Positions 1 to 9,595 of a stretch of DNA of 64,000 nucleotides are shown here, piece by piece (position 1 is the stretch's first letter; each line of letters opens with the position of its first letter). The notes under the pieces are model-generated. The model saw only the letters and a program-made list of their open reading frames with translations, did not search any database and was not told the origin of the DNA. The translations under genes and the position numbers were made by a program. The DNA is from a virus: IMG/VR virus record IMGVR_UViG_3300045988_133735. The stretch is one strand, 5' to 3'.

Positions 1-1485
1 CTCAACAACTTCTCTCTCTTTGTAGCCACGGAAGATAAAAATATATCCTGAATAATCGCTGTCCGCTTCAAAAGTCAACTTGTTCTCTTCGCCAACGGCA
101 GAGTATGCATCTTTTGAATCGTTCTTCCATAGTAGCTGGAAAATCTGTCCAGCCTTCAACTTGTCCACAGTAATAGTATCAGTGGTGATTTTATCCCCAG
201 AAACTTGCGTAAGGCTGTTGTTTACAGAAGTGGAATCAAGCGCCACTTTACCGTTTTTGTCAATGGATATAGCACCAGTCAAGTTAAGCTTTGTCGCCTT
301 GATTTTTACAGTATTTGTACTCTGGTTTATCAAAGTAGCAATGTTTTTTCCGGTATAATCCGTCTTAGCCACCTTTGAATCAATACTTTCAGTTGCTGTT
401 TTAATGTGCTCTTCAAGTTTTTTATTTGCATTTAATTCTGCAGCATCCGCATACTTTTGAGCTTCAGTTTTTGTGGCACACAGTATGATGGCATTCTCAT
501 TTTTTGAAATTCTAGATTCTGCAAGCGAAATTTTTGTATTTAGTCCGCTCATGTCCTCATTGTATTTTTTAGTGGTTACGCGGGCTTCAATCTGCTGCTT
601 TGTACTCTCCAAATCAGAATTATATTCCGTTTTAAAGCTTACAAGGTCACCATCTATTTTGCCAGCGGCATCCAGTGCCTCGTTTGCTTTTGTATCATCC
701 GTGTATTTTAGCGCCACAGCCCAGTCAGTCCGACTAAAGCTTTCAGTTATAGGACGCGCTGTCTGACATACAAGAACTTTATTATCACCAGAACTACTTG
801 CCCAGACATCACCACGGTTATATGGGGTTGAAGGCTTTGTGAAAAAAACACGTCTTGATCCATTTGCTGTATCGGTTTCAAGGCTTGCAGCTCTCAAAAC
901 TTTCAATAAATTCTTGTCACTAAGAGTCTCCCATATAAAAGTGTCCGTCCACCTATACGCATCATCAGCCTTCATGTCATAATAAAGGTCGCCAATGTGC
1001 ACTCTCTTTGCATCTTCCGTTACCCAATTTACTGTCGGAGCCGTATCAGTAGATGGTACACCACTATAAAACCATAAGCTGAGTTGTCCGTCTCCCTGAT
1101 CTTTCAGCGTTAAAAATTCACTGACATCCGTGTATTTAACAATAGTGTCAGCAAAATCTGTATCAATAATGGACAGCTGACTGCCAACCACGTTGACTTT
1201 GCTGTCCACTGTTTTCATTGTACCAATATTATCGGGGGAACATACCAGTCGCTTCATATCACCCTGCAATGCAGTCACAACCACACTCTGTCCAACCGTG
1301 TAAATCTGGTCAGATGTAATGTTATACTGGCTTCCAAACACGGATATTGTGTATGTATTCCCACTCACCGCAGTTACCACACCAGTCTGCGATTTGTCAA
1401 ACTTTGCGTCATTGAGCTTCTTTTCAATCGTGTCTACGATGACTTTACTCAACACGTCAATTGCATCTTGACTATTTTGTGACAT
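1..1485 (-). CDS. Tail fibre / host-recognition-like virion protein, first 495 codons (3' end lies beyond the left edge)
   Basis: Open minus-strand frame from ATG 1485-1483 down to base 1. AGGAGG at 1492-1497 lies 6 nt upstream. Sits directly downstream of the tape-measure-like gene and has a coiled-coil stretch typical of fibre shafts. Absent from the ORF track because it has no stop in the window. Confidence 0.5.
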   Translation of the reverse strand, partial: MSQNSQDAIDVLSKVIVDTIEKKLNDAKFDKSQTGVVTAVSGNTYTISVFGSQYNITSDQIYTVGQSVVVTALQGDMKRLVCSPDNIGTMKTVDSKVNVVGSQLSIIDTDFADTIVKYTDVSEFLTLKDQGDGQLSLWFYSGVPSTDTAPTVNWVTEDAKRVHIGDLYYDMKADDAYRWTDTFIWETLSDKNLLKVLRAASLETDTANGSRRVFFTKPSTPYNRGDVWASSSGDNKVLVCQTARPITESFSRTDWAVALKYTDDTKANEALDAAGKIDGDLVSFKTEYNSDLESTKQQIEARVTTKKYNEDMSGLNTKISLAESRISKNENAIILCATKTEAQKYADAAELNANKKLEEHIKTATESIDSKVAKTDYTGKNIATLINQSTNTVKIKATKLNLTGAISIDKNGKVALDSTSVNNSLTQVSGDKITTDTITVDKLKAGQIFQLLWKNDSKDAYSAVGEENKLTFEADSDYSGYIFIFRGYKEREVVE

Positions 1486-1580
1486 CTCGTCCCTCCTTTA
1501 TAAATGTATACTCGATCTCAACCTACCCAACCCACCCTGAGCCAAGTATACTTCGTATTTATTTTTGCTTATTGTACTGC

Positions 1581-4500
1581 TTAACGTCTATTCAGTTCCT
1601 GTACAACCTTGTTCGGCAGACGATTTACCAACTCACGAGCCAGTGCATCGCTATCACCAACGGGATTGTTCACATTCACATCACCAATAGACAGGGAAAT
1701 ACCACCAGCGTCGCGGCTTTGCACCATAGAAGCAGAACTATGTTTTGCCAATTGATCGCTGAACCACTTGTCTGGATTGCCGCCCATCTCAAACAGGCGA
1801 GAGGTAATATCAGCAGGAACAACACCATCGCCAGTCTCAAGATATGTATAACGTCCAGAAGCTGGCTTACGAACAATAAGTTCTGAACCTCTTTCGTCAA
1901 CGTTTGCAAAATGATTCGTTTTAGAAGATTTAAGACCATTCGCGTGACCACCCAAAAAGAAACCAGCAAAACCTCCCAAAAGAGTACCAATCAATGCTCC
2001 TACAGGTCCACCTATTGCCATACCCGCAGCTGCGCCCAGACCAGCACCAGTAAGAGTTGTAGCAGCCGTTTTGACTGTTTTATCTTCATTGGCGGTTGCG
2101 TCATTCTTTTTGTCTGTTTCGTCAGTTGCTTTATTCTCTTCTTTAGATACGATCTGTGTAGCGTTAATTGTGAGATTTGTTGCGCTCTTTTGTGTGTTTT
2201 CGGCAGTTTCAGAACTACTATTCGCAGTGTCTTTTGTATTCTCGGCAGTTTCTTTACTCTTGCCGAAAATATCCTTACACAGATTTACGATTCCACCAAT
2301 AGGACTTATGTCCCAGAAGAACGAAGCAACGGACTTTATTGCCTTCTTACCAAAGCCATCTTCTTTATTGGACCAGATTTTCTTCTGATTCTTCATGGCC
2401 TTTGTGCCGCCATAAATACCAAGCCCGCCAGCTGCAAGAATCGGAATCGCAGCGGGCCCAGCAGCAGCCAAGGCGCTTCCAGCTGTACCAATAAGTTTTC
2501 CAGCACCAGCAAGCAACTTACCTCCGCCACTAAGTAATGTAGTTCCAACCTTACCAATCCCGCCAAGAATCGTGGAACCAATCTTGCTCTTACTAACAGC
2601 ATTACCGACAGCCTTAAATCCGTTTACAACTGTGGAAACAATGCCGCCGCCTTCGCCGGAACCGCCGAATAGGCTTTGAGCGCCACCTTTGATCGTGTTC
2701 CAAATATTTGTAAACGCATTGATAATTCCATTGCCAGAACTTACAACCTGTTTTGTAATATTGTTATTCGCGGTTGTTAATATGTTCTTTAATGCGGTTC
2801 CCGTTTCTGTTGCAGTATCAACGAGCGTGGTTTTGACAGCGTTGACTGCCTGCTTGGCTGCATTAACATAAGATGTGCCAGAACTTGCAGCCTTTTCGCC
2901 ACCATTATTTAAGAATCCTTTTATCGTATTCCACAGACCTTTTGTGCCGAGATCTTTGTACTCACCAGTCTTAAACATGGAATACAGATTATTTAGTTTT
3001 GTTAGCGTATTTATCAGTGATTCAAGGTTTGTAATCAAATTCTGGATGCCGGTGATCGCGCTGCCAGTATTTAGACTTGCAATGATCTTATTGTGATATC
3101 CGTCCAGTGAGCCTTCCATCTGAGATAGACTCATCTTCTGGATCTGCGCAGTGTACTCAAGCTCCTTCTGGTAATCCTTCCAGCTCTTGCCGATATCATC
3201 CATGACCTCAGACAACTTGTCCTTGAACTCATTGTACTTCTTGATCTGGTCGTCAATAGCCTTTTCAGCGTCTTTATTATTCCATTCACGCTGCTTGTCG
3301 GCAAGGTCTTCGCGTGCAGTACGCACATCTTCGGCGTTTGCCTGCCACTCGTAACCATTCTCAGTGTACACACGGGTCGTGCGCTGTTGCTGGGCACGGG
3401 CGAGAGCATCTTGTGCCTTGGAAAGTTCAATGGCGCGTTCAGTAGCCTCATTATTTTCTTCCAGAGCTTCCTTCTGCTTATTCAGGGCTTCAATCCGCTT
3501 GTCGATGACTTTGCCCATAGCATCGCCCCAAATCTTGAGGTCGTTATTAGATTTGTCATTTGCGGACGAAAGGAGAGAGAGGAAAGAAGAAAGGATGTCT
3601 TTTGCATCAGATAGAGCAGACTTGAAACTTTCGACCGCATTTTTCGCGTCCTCCCAGTGAGCAATCAGTTTCGCCATCACTTGGGCATCGGTTTCTTGAA
3701 CATCTTGATATTTCTGATTATAAACAGCAGTCAGTTCATCTAAAGCTGCTTTCTTGGCAGCTTCTTTATCCTCATCAGATGCGTCAGAAGAATCAATACG
3801 ACCAACTGCACGGTCATATTTTTCTTTTGCAACCTTATATTCTAAAGTCGCCTTAACCAATACGTCGTACTCTTCTTCGGTAGGAGCACGTACAGCATCG
3901 TACATCTTCTTGAGATAATCACCGTATACAGTTCCATCAAATTCCTTCATTAGTGGTTCAAGCTGCTTCACATACATATCACGCAAACCAGTTGCGTTGA
4001 TTTTATATGTTCCATCATCTTGTATGAACTGATCGAGGAAAGACTGGTCAATTTGACCGAGCTCTTGAAGAGTATCTTGACTTTTAAGACTTCCGGTTTC
4101 CTGAATCTCTTCCAAAGCGCTACGGAAAGCACTAAATGTACTCTGGAATTTATCAATTTTAGTGTTTGCATCTTCGATGTCCGTGCCAAAACCGTTCCAG
4201 AAATCAGTCATGGAGATATCGCCTTTATTCAGTTGTTCAAGGCGATTTGACCACAGCTTAGCCAGACCGGTTTGCCCACTATCATTGGCAGCATTGATAA
4301 TTTTCCCAACAAGAATTTCAGCGGCCTTCTTGATCTTGTCATCATCGACATTGAGATTTCCGTTCTCATCAAGGAAAATGCCATCGAGTTCTGGGTGCTT
4401 GGTAACTAGTTCGGTGACTTTCTTTAGTGTATCGTAATCCGCAATCTGTTCTCCATTTGCATTATCAATTTTAGACAGATCATGAAGGATCTCCATGCCA

Positions 4501-7265
4501 GACTGGAATTCGTCTGTTTTACCAGTTGCTTCATCCAGCGCGGTATTTACACCTTCAATTGCATCCTTCAGTTGATTGAGCGAAATAGTCCCGTTCTTAG
4601 CGTGAGTGTCAAGATATTCAAGGACTTGATTGTACTGTCCGATCTTACCCGTGCCATCATTTGTAGCGGCAGCATGTTTTAGTTCTGCCTGAATCAGATC
4701 TCGACATGCAGTGGCATCTACAACCAATTCATTTCCTTGCTTTTTTAAACAAGAAGTATATTTGGAGTCAAGCCCCATGAGGGATTTCATCGTGTTAAGA
4801 CTTATGCTACCCCACTTGTTGTACTCCTCCATAGCAGAAGTCAGAGTGGACCATGCGTCAAGAAGTGTTTTAGAAGAATCCGCTGCCTTGTTCGAAGAAT
4901 CAGCGGCCTTTTTCGAAGAATTGCTAAACCCATCGAGCTGATTGCGTAAACCGGCAGCACCATTCATTGCGGCAGACATATTATTTCCAATAAGCGTTAA
5001 TCTGGTGTTCAATGCGTTCATAACACCGTCAATTTTAGCTTGAACAGCGTCAGCATCTTCTCCATTGGCTGCTCCCTGTGCAGCGGCTAATGCGGCAGCA
5101 AGTTCGCCTGTTCCGACAGTGGCATCTTTCAAAGCTGGGCATAAAGCAGTAAGCTTATTCTTTTCATCTTCAGTTGCTTCAGTAAATGTCTCGGCTTTTT
5201 CTGCAGCGTCTCCCTTTGCAATCGCATTTAGTTCTGATATCGCCTGAGAAATAGCTTCCATTTGAGCTTCTGCATATTGAGTTGCCAACAAATCTGCATA
5301 CGCACTTTGATTGACTTGGAGCTTTCCATTAACAAGTTCAAGAGTATTAAGATACTGGTCATCCATTTGTAAAAGAGCCTGCAACGAATCAACGCTCATG
5401 TACCCATACTGGTTGTATTCTTCAACAGCGCTAGAACAGGCTTTGTATGCTGATTGAATATTATCGATGACGCCCATTGTTTTTTCGAGTTTATCGGCGT
5501 AATCGTCAGCAGCTGCAGAGTTACTAATTTGCACAAGACCGAAACTTTCAAACACACCAATTAGAGACTCAAATGATATTTTATTCTCGTCTGCAGTTTT
5601 ATGGAGTTTTTCAAGCGCAGCTGTTTCGGTCTCAGTTTGATGAGAAGAGTCCTTATCAATGTTGATTATTGCCTCGCCACTCATTCCACTAAATGCATCA
5701 AGCCCATTGAATGTTTTCCAATCGCTTTGCTGAGAATCACCATTGTCGATATCATTCTTGATTTGTTTTATTTTTTCTGAGAATATATCAAGATTGGTAG
5801 TGTCAATACCTGTATTATCCTGTGCATTCGCCAGAGCTTTAGTGGCTGCAGTCATTGCGTTCGTGCCGGCAACATATTCGTCCTTGTACTGAGTGAAACT
5901 GTCAGCGTCAGTCTCGTAGCTGTTCATTTGCTCAGACACGGCAGAGGAAAGCTCTTCAACCTTGGTTTTCTGGGATTTAAAAGTTTCATTCAGAGCATCG
6001 AGTTCTTTCTTTTTATTTGCATACTCTTCAGAATCTTTTCCGCTAGAAGCTTCAATTTGGTCAAGTTCAACCTGAAGATTACGACGTTTTTGAGTAGTAT
6101 CTTCGAGTGCTGCTGCATACTCATGGAGAGATTCAGTCTTAGAAACTTTCTCTGCAACCTGATGAGTGCCAGCATTTGCACCACCCTCGGCATAAGAAAC
6201 ATTTACTGTGCGGGATTTCACAATACTGTCTTCTGTTTTATCATTCACAACAGCACTTGTGTCGGCATTTGCTTTATCGTTCGCGTCCTTCTCCAGTTGC
6301 TTCTTGAGTTCGAGTTGAGCCTGCAACATATCGTTGATGGCTTGTAACCGCTCGCGCTCGGCAGGATCAACGATATCCTCGATCTTTTTAACACCAGCGT
6401 CCTTCAGAGATTTGTTAAGCTCGTCAATCTTGGACTGAATCTCTTCAACATCCTTAGTGGCTTGCTGTGCAGCATCGTGAGAATCATTCATTGCAGCGAC
6501 AAGTTCTTCAGAATGCGTTTTTAGGTTCATAAGATAATCGACAATTTTAGTTGCGATAAAGGCAACAGCAGCTACACCAAGAGAGAGGAGAAGTTGTTTG
6601 CCATATTGAGCTACTACATTCCAGGCCTTTTGAGCCGCAGTAAGAGCTACTGTGGCGACCGTGCTCATCTGTTTAACGCTAATTTCTTTCAAGAATGCTT
6701 GAGAAAGTTTATAGACACCATTTTCTTGTTCTAAAATTCCAGCGTTGAACAGTTGTTGCGTTTTACTTGCATCGGAACAATGATTGGCGTAATCTTCCAT
6801 CAAAGCAATAGCATCTTGTGTGTTTGGAAGTGCGAGTACCCCTTTAGCGTCTTTTAACCCGCCTGCCTTCATGAATTCGTTCAGAACACCATTTGTAATG
6901 CCGTCTTTTTGAGATGCTATTTGTTCAAATAATTGAGAATTGAATTTTTCACCTGTTTGAACAGCATTTTTTGTATTTTCAATATAGTCCTCTAAGCCTT
7001 CATCAAAAGAAGACAAACTGAGAAATGCTTTTTGTTGAGCTTCGTCAAGATTTACAAATTGCGCAATAAATCCATCAATGCTTCCAATATCGTTAAAAAT
7101 TGAATGACTATCAAATTTTTTTGCATTTCCGATTTGATAATTTCCCAAGAGCATATATTTCTGAAGGATTTGCGGCAAATCTTTAAGCTGCTCTGACGCT
7201 TTTAATGTTTTATCAAGAGATCCATCTAAGGTCGTTAATTCACCTATTGACTTGTTGATTGTCAA
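1581..7265 (-). CDS. Giant (1894 aa) coiled-coil tail protein carrying the C-terminal hallmarks of a tape measure protein
   Basis: Long Ala/Glu/Lys/Gln coiled-coil composition. Gly-rich hydrophobic segments (..GGGKLLAGAGKLIGTAGSALAAAGPAAIPILAAGGLGIYGG..). C-terminal ..NVDERGSELIVRKPASG..GDGVVPA.. resembles the conserved tape-measure C-terminus. Starts with TTG and has no Shine-Dalgarno upstream. Confidence 0.6.
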   Translation of the reverse strand: MTINKSIGELTTLDGSLDKTLKASEQLKDLPQILQKYMLLGNYQIGNAKKFDSHSIFNDIGSIDGFIAQFVNLDEAQQKAFLSLSSFDEGLEDYIENTKNAVQTGEKFNSQLFEQIASQKDGITNGVLNEFMKAGGLKDAKGVLALPNTQDAIALMEDYANHCSDASKTQQLFNAGILEQENGVYKLSQAFLKEISVKQMSTVATVALTAAQKAWNVVAQYGKQLLLSLGVAAVAFIATKIVDYLMNLKTHSEELVAAMNDSHDAAQQATKDVEEIQSKIDELNKSLKDAGVKKIEDIVDPAERERLQAINDMLQAQLELKKQLEKDANDKANADTSAVVNDKTEDSIVKSRTVNVSYAEGGANAGTHQVAEKVSKTESLHEYAAALEDTTQKRRNLQVELDQIEASSGKDSEEYANKKKELDALNETFKSQKTKVEELSSAVSEQMNSYETDADSFTQYKDEYVAGTNAMTAATKALANAQDNTGIDTTNLDIFSEKIKQIKNDIDNGDSQQSDWKTFNGLDAFSGMSGEAIINIDKDSSHQTETETAALEKLHKTADENKISFESLIGVFESFGLVQISNSAAADDYADKLEKTMGVIDNIQSAYKACSSAVEEYNQYGYMSVDSLQALLQMDDQYLNTLELVNGKLQVNQSAYADLLATQYAEAQMEAISQAISELNAIAKGDAAEKAETFTEATEDEKNKLTALCPALKDATVGTGELAAALAAAQGAANGEDADAVQAKIDGVMNALNTRLTLIGNNMSAAMNGAAGLRNQLDGFSNSSKKAADSSNKAADSSKTLLDAWSTLTSAMEEYNKWGSISLNTMKSLMGLDSKYTSCLKKQGNELVVDATACRDLIQAELKHAAATNDGTGKIGQYNQVLEYLDTHAKNGTISLNQLKDAIEGVNTALDEATGKTDEFQSGMEILHDLSKIDNANGEQIADYDTLKKVTELVTKHPELDGIFLDENGNLNVDDDKIKKAAEILVGKIINAANDSGQTGLAKLWSNRLEQLNKGDISMTDFWNGFGTDIEDANTKIDKFQSTFSAFRSALEEIQETGSLKSQDTLQELGQIDQSFLDQFIQDDGTYKINATGLRDMYVKQLEPLMKEFDGTVYGDYLKKMYDAVRAPTEEEYDVLVKATLEYKVAKEKYDRAVGRIDSSDASDEDKEAAKKAALDELTAVYNQKYQDVQETDAQVMAKLIAHWEDAKNAVESFKSALSDAKDILSSFLSLLSSANDKSNNDLKIWGDAMGKVIDKRIEALNKQKEALEENNEATERAIELSKAQDALARAQQQRTTRVYTENGYEWQANAEDVRTAREDLADKQREWNNKDAEKAIDDQIKKYNEFKDKLSEVMDDIGKSWKDYQKELEYTAQIQKMSLSQMEGSLDGYHNKIIASLNTGSAITGIQNLITNLESLINTLTKLNNLYSMFKTGEYKDLGTKGLWNTIKGFLNNGGEKAASSGTSYVNAAKQAVNAVKTTLVDTATETGTALKNILTTANNNITKQVVSSGNGIINAFTNIWNTIKGGAQSLFGGSGEGGGIVSTVVNGFKAVGNAVSKSKIGSTILGGIGKVGTTLLSGGGKLLAGAGKLIGTAGSALAAAGPAAIPILAAGGLGIYGGTKAMKNQKKIWSNKEDGFGKKAIKSVASFFWDISPIGGIVNLCKDIFGKSKETAENTKDTANSSSETAENTQKSATNLTINATQIVSKEENKATDETDKKNDATANEDKTVKTAATTLTGAGLGAAAGMAIGGPVGALIGTLLGGFAGFFLGGHANGLKSSKTNHFANVDERGSELIVRKPASGRYTYLETGDGVVPADITSRLFEMGGNPDKWFSDQLAKHSSASMVQSRDAGGISLSIGDVNVNNPVGDSDALARELVNRLPNKVVQELNRR

Positions 7266-7275
7266 ACTGTATACT
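7247..7275 (+). promoter_or_regulatory. Sigma70-type promoter for the plus-strand cassette
   Basis: TTGACT (7247-7252), 17-nt spacer, TATACT (7270-7275). Overlaps the 5' end of the minus-strand giant ORF. The -35 lies in a small inverted repeat, TTGAC..GTCAA. Confidence 0.6.
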
Positions 7276-7323
7276 AATCTTAGTGGTCGGCAAAGATTAT
7301 TTGTGAAATAGGTGATAAGAATT

Positions 7324-7929
7324 ATGAGAATTGGTGAAATCGAAGCAGATATTGACTATAGACACGGCAAAGCGAATAAATGGGGCTTTTGGACAATAGG
7401 AGCTTTAACTGCTGAGGGAAAAAAGATTCTGAAAAAGTATCCAGACTATAAAATCCTAAAAGATGATTGGAGAGTAAAAAATGATGACGAATTTTTTGCA
7501 TCAGTTGTTTATGCCTATATGGTTGATTGTATTTTACAAGAATACAGCGACAACGAATATTTAATGAATGAATATGTAAAAGCAACCGAAGATAAACTAG
7601 CGACTCGCCCAAGCGGAAAAGGAGAGATGTCTCGCAAAGGTATAAACGAAGCATTCTTAAAGTCGTTCGAAGATTATATAAAAGAACAAAATAATCCCGG
7701 TATACTTAAAAGAGAACAAGAACAAGAAGAAAAAGAAAGAGCAGTAGCGCGAGCGCTTTCAGCCGAATACGAAGCAAAACATCCTCATATCACTTGTCCC
7801 TACTGCAAATCCACGAACACCGAAAAGATCAGCACCGTGAGCCGCGCTGTGTCTGTGTCCCTCGTGGGCGCTGCCAGCGGGAAGATCGGCAAACAGTGGC
7901 ACTGCAAAAACTGCGGCAGTAATTTTTAA
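7324..7929 (+). CDS. Hypothetical protein (201 aa) with C-terminal four-Cys zinc ribbon
   Basis: ATG 7324 with GGTGA 7 nt upstream (the track start 7312 is GTG). C-terminus reads CPYC..(36 aa)..CKNC. Confidence 0.55.
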   Translation: MRIGEIEADIDYRHGKANKWGFWTIGALTAEGKKILKKYPDYKILKDDWRVKNDDEFFASVVYAYMVDCILQEYSDNEYLMNEYVKATEDKLATRPSGKGEMSRKGINEAFLKSFEDYIKEQNNPGILKREQEQEEKERAVARALSAEYEAKHPHITCPYCKSTNTEKISTVSRAVSVSLVGAASGKIGKQWHCKNCGSNF

Positions 7930-7941
7930 AGGAGAATTAAA

Positions 7942-8277
7942 ATGAAAGTCAATCAGGACATTATGAACCTCATTTGCAAGCTTGAATACAGAATTGGCGA
8001 CACATGTGCAAATAGCGACTCGTACAACGGATGGACTGATGAATGGGGCGCTGATTTTCGGTATCCTGTAACCGTTGACGGCCATGGGAAATTCAGAGGT
8101 CGAATTGACGATCTTGGACTTGAACCGGAATCGCTTGGCGATATCTATTATAAATTTGGCGCAAACGAGATGCATATTGGGTACGGTATCAAGCATGTCC
8201 TAGAAGAGCTTGAAGATTTATATGGTCTTGATTTTGTAAAGCTTGAAGCAGAGCGGAAAGCAAAAGCGCAGAAGTGA
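7942..8277 (+). CDS. Hypothetical protein (111 aa)
   Basis: AAAGGAG lies 7 nt upstream of the ATG. Tightly packed after the previous plus-strand gene. Confidence 0.6.
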   Translation: MKVNQDIMNLICKLEYRIGDTCANSDSYNGWTDEWGADFRYPVTVDGHGKFRGRIDDLGLEPESLGDIYYKFGANEMHIGYGIKHVLEELEDLYGLDFVKLEAERKAKAQK

Positions 8278-8353
8278 TTGTATTACCAGCAAAACCTAGT
8301 AAACAATTCTATCGTAAGAACTGTGGGTATGAATGGTAAGGATGTGAACCAAG

Positions 8354-8920
8354 TTGTCTTTGGTGATGGCAATTGTATGCACTGACGGAATCGTTGTATC
8401 TGGCGATTTTAGAAGATCGAGATCTATCACAAATCCACAAACAGGGGATAAACAAGTTGTAGAATTTTACGACGATACGCACAAATTGATTAAAACAAAA
8501 TCCAATCGTGTAGTTGGCCATACTGGAGACTACTCTTTCAACAGCGGAGAATTAGTAGAAGACACGATATGCAGTGTGCTGCAATTGACAGACGCACTGA
8601 ATTCTCCAATTGATAGTGAGTTTGCGTATCTTGTTAGCTCCATTAGACATAACAAAAACTCACTCATTGAAGCTGGTATTATAAACGGACATAGAATTGT
8701 ATTGACATGGAAACAAGGCGAACCAATTAAACAGATAGTTATAAAAGGATGCGCAATTGGAGATATTGATGTATTCGAAAAATATAAAGAGGAATTCGAA
8801 TGTGAAATACAAGATATAACAATTAAAGAAGCTGTCCCTTTATTGCAAAAATATAACAGACTGATTGCGAGCGAAACGCCTACGATTAGTCCAGACTGTG
8901 AAGTAATGATCATTGAATAG
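8354..8920 (+). CDS. Proteasome beta / HslV-like Ntn-hydrolase fold candidate (188 aa)
   Basis: The N-terminus (M)SLVMAIVCTDGIVVSGDFRRS.. matches the remembered family pattern TTIxxxxxxDGVVxAxDxR. ..HKLIKTKSNRVVGHTGDYS.. resembles the Lys33/GxxGxxxD region. TTG start. The assignment is motif-level only. Confidence 0.4.
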   Translation: MSLVMAIVCTDGIVVSGDFRRSRSITNPQTGDKQVVEFYDDTHKLIKTKSNRVVGHTGDYSFNSGELVEDTICSVLQLTDALNSPIDSEFAYLVSSIRHNKNSLIEAGIINGHRIVLTWKQGEPIKQIVIKGCAIGDIDVFEKYKEEFECEIQDITIKEAVPLLQKYNRLIASETPTISPDCEVMIIE

Positions 8921-9160
8921 TTATGCTTGCCACCCGGAACAAACACATTTTATATAGTTTGCCCCATCTTTGGATAAAATATAATATTCGTCTTCATGCG
9001 GCTCGATACAGTTAATATTTTCTTCTTTTTCAAGTTCAACAAAACCTTTTTGATTACTTTCGCGATAATAAAATTTCTTATATGTCACTGTATCTCCTCC
9101 TTCCATCGAAATATAGCAAAAGCCCGGCCTCCCAGCAATAGGGAAGTCGGGCTTGTTCAT
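8921..9160 (-). CDS. Hypothetical protein (79 aa), uncertain
   Basis: ORF convergent with 8354-8920; the two stop codons abut. No recognisable SD before the ATG. Composition looks protein-like. Confidence 0.3.
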   Translation of the reverse strand: MNKPDFPIAGRPGFCYISMEGGDTVTYKKFYYRESNQKGFVELEKEENINCIEPHEDEYYILSKDGANYIKCVCSGWQA

Positions 9161-9179
9161 TATGATGACTGCACAGCAG

Positions 9180-9512
9180 TTACTTCAGAAGTTCAGCAAT
9201 CTCTTCAGCAGTCATACCGCTGGCCAGTGCATTGGCAACAATATCTTCTGCCTTTTTACGATTCAGCTCTGCCGCAATCTTTTCGTCAGCATCAGCCTTT
9301 TTCTTTTCGAGCTTTACAATCTCTTTGTTGAGTTTTTTCAACTCTGCTTCTTTTGCTTTACGCTGGGCGTTCAATGCAGCGATATTATCACCAATAGTTG
9401 CAATCTCCTGAGCAATAGATTCTGCGGCAGTATTCTTTTCAGCGATCTGTGCTGCGTAATCGATACCATCGAGAACCTTTGCTTTATTCTTGCTTCCTTT
9501 AGTACGTGCCAT
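9180..9512 (-). CDS. Lys/Ala/Glu-rich coiled-coil protein (110 aa)
   Basis: GGAGGT lies 8 nt upstream of ATG 9512-9510. Sits directly downstream of a perfect consensus promoter. Confidence 0.65.
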   Translation of the reverse strand: MARTKGSKNKAKVLDGIDYAAQIAEKNTAAESIAQEIATIGDNIAALNAQRKAKEAELKKLNKEIVKLEKKKADADEKIAAELNRKKAEDIVANALASGMTAEEIAELLK

Positions 9513-9566
9513 AATAAAATACCTCCACTACATGCGTTTTGTTTACATGTTGTTTTTAATATTTTT

Positions 9567-9595
9567 ATTATAGCCAGAAATACTAAGATAGTCAA
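9567..9595 (-). promoter_or_regulatory. Perfect-consensus sigma70-type promoter (minus strand)
   Basis: On the minus strand: TTGACT (9595-9590), 17-nt spacer, TATAAT (9572-9567). Confidence 0.7.

Noticed and set aside
4861-4925. A direct DNA repeat inside the second giant ORF (it encodes ..KAADSSNKAADSS..).
   Set aside because: It is a short in-frame duplication within a low-complexity coiled-coil protein, with no sign of a separate function.
9180-9512. The N-terminus MARTKGSKNKAK.. resembles the histone H3 tail (ARTK..).
   Set aside because: A four-residue match in a Lys-rich protein is expected by chance. Eukaryotic histone mimicry has no obvious relevance for a bacterial virus.
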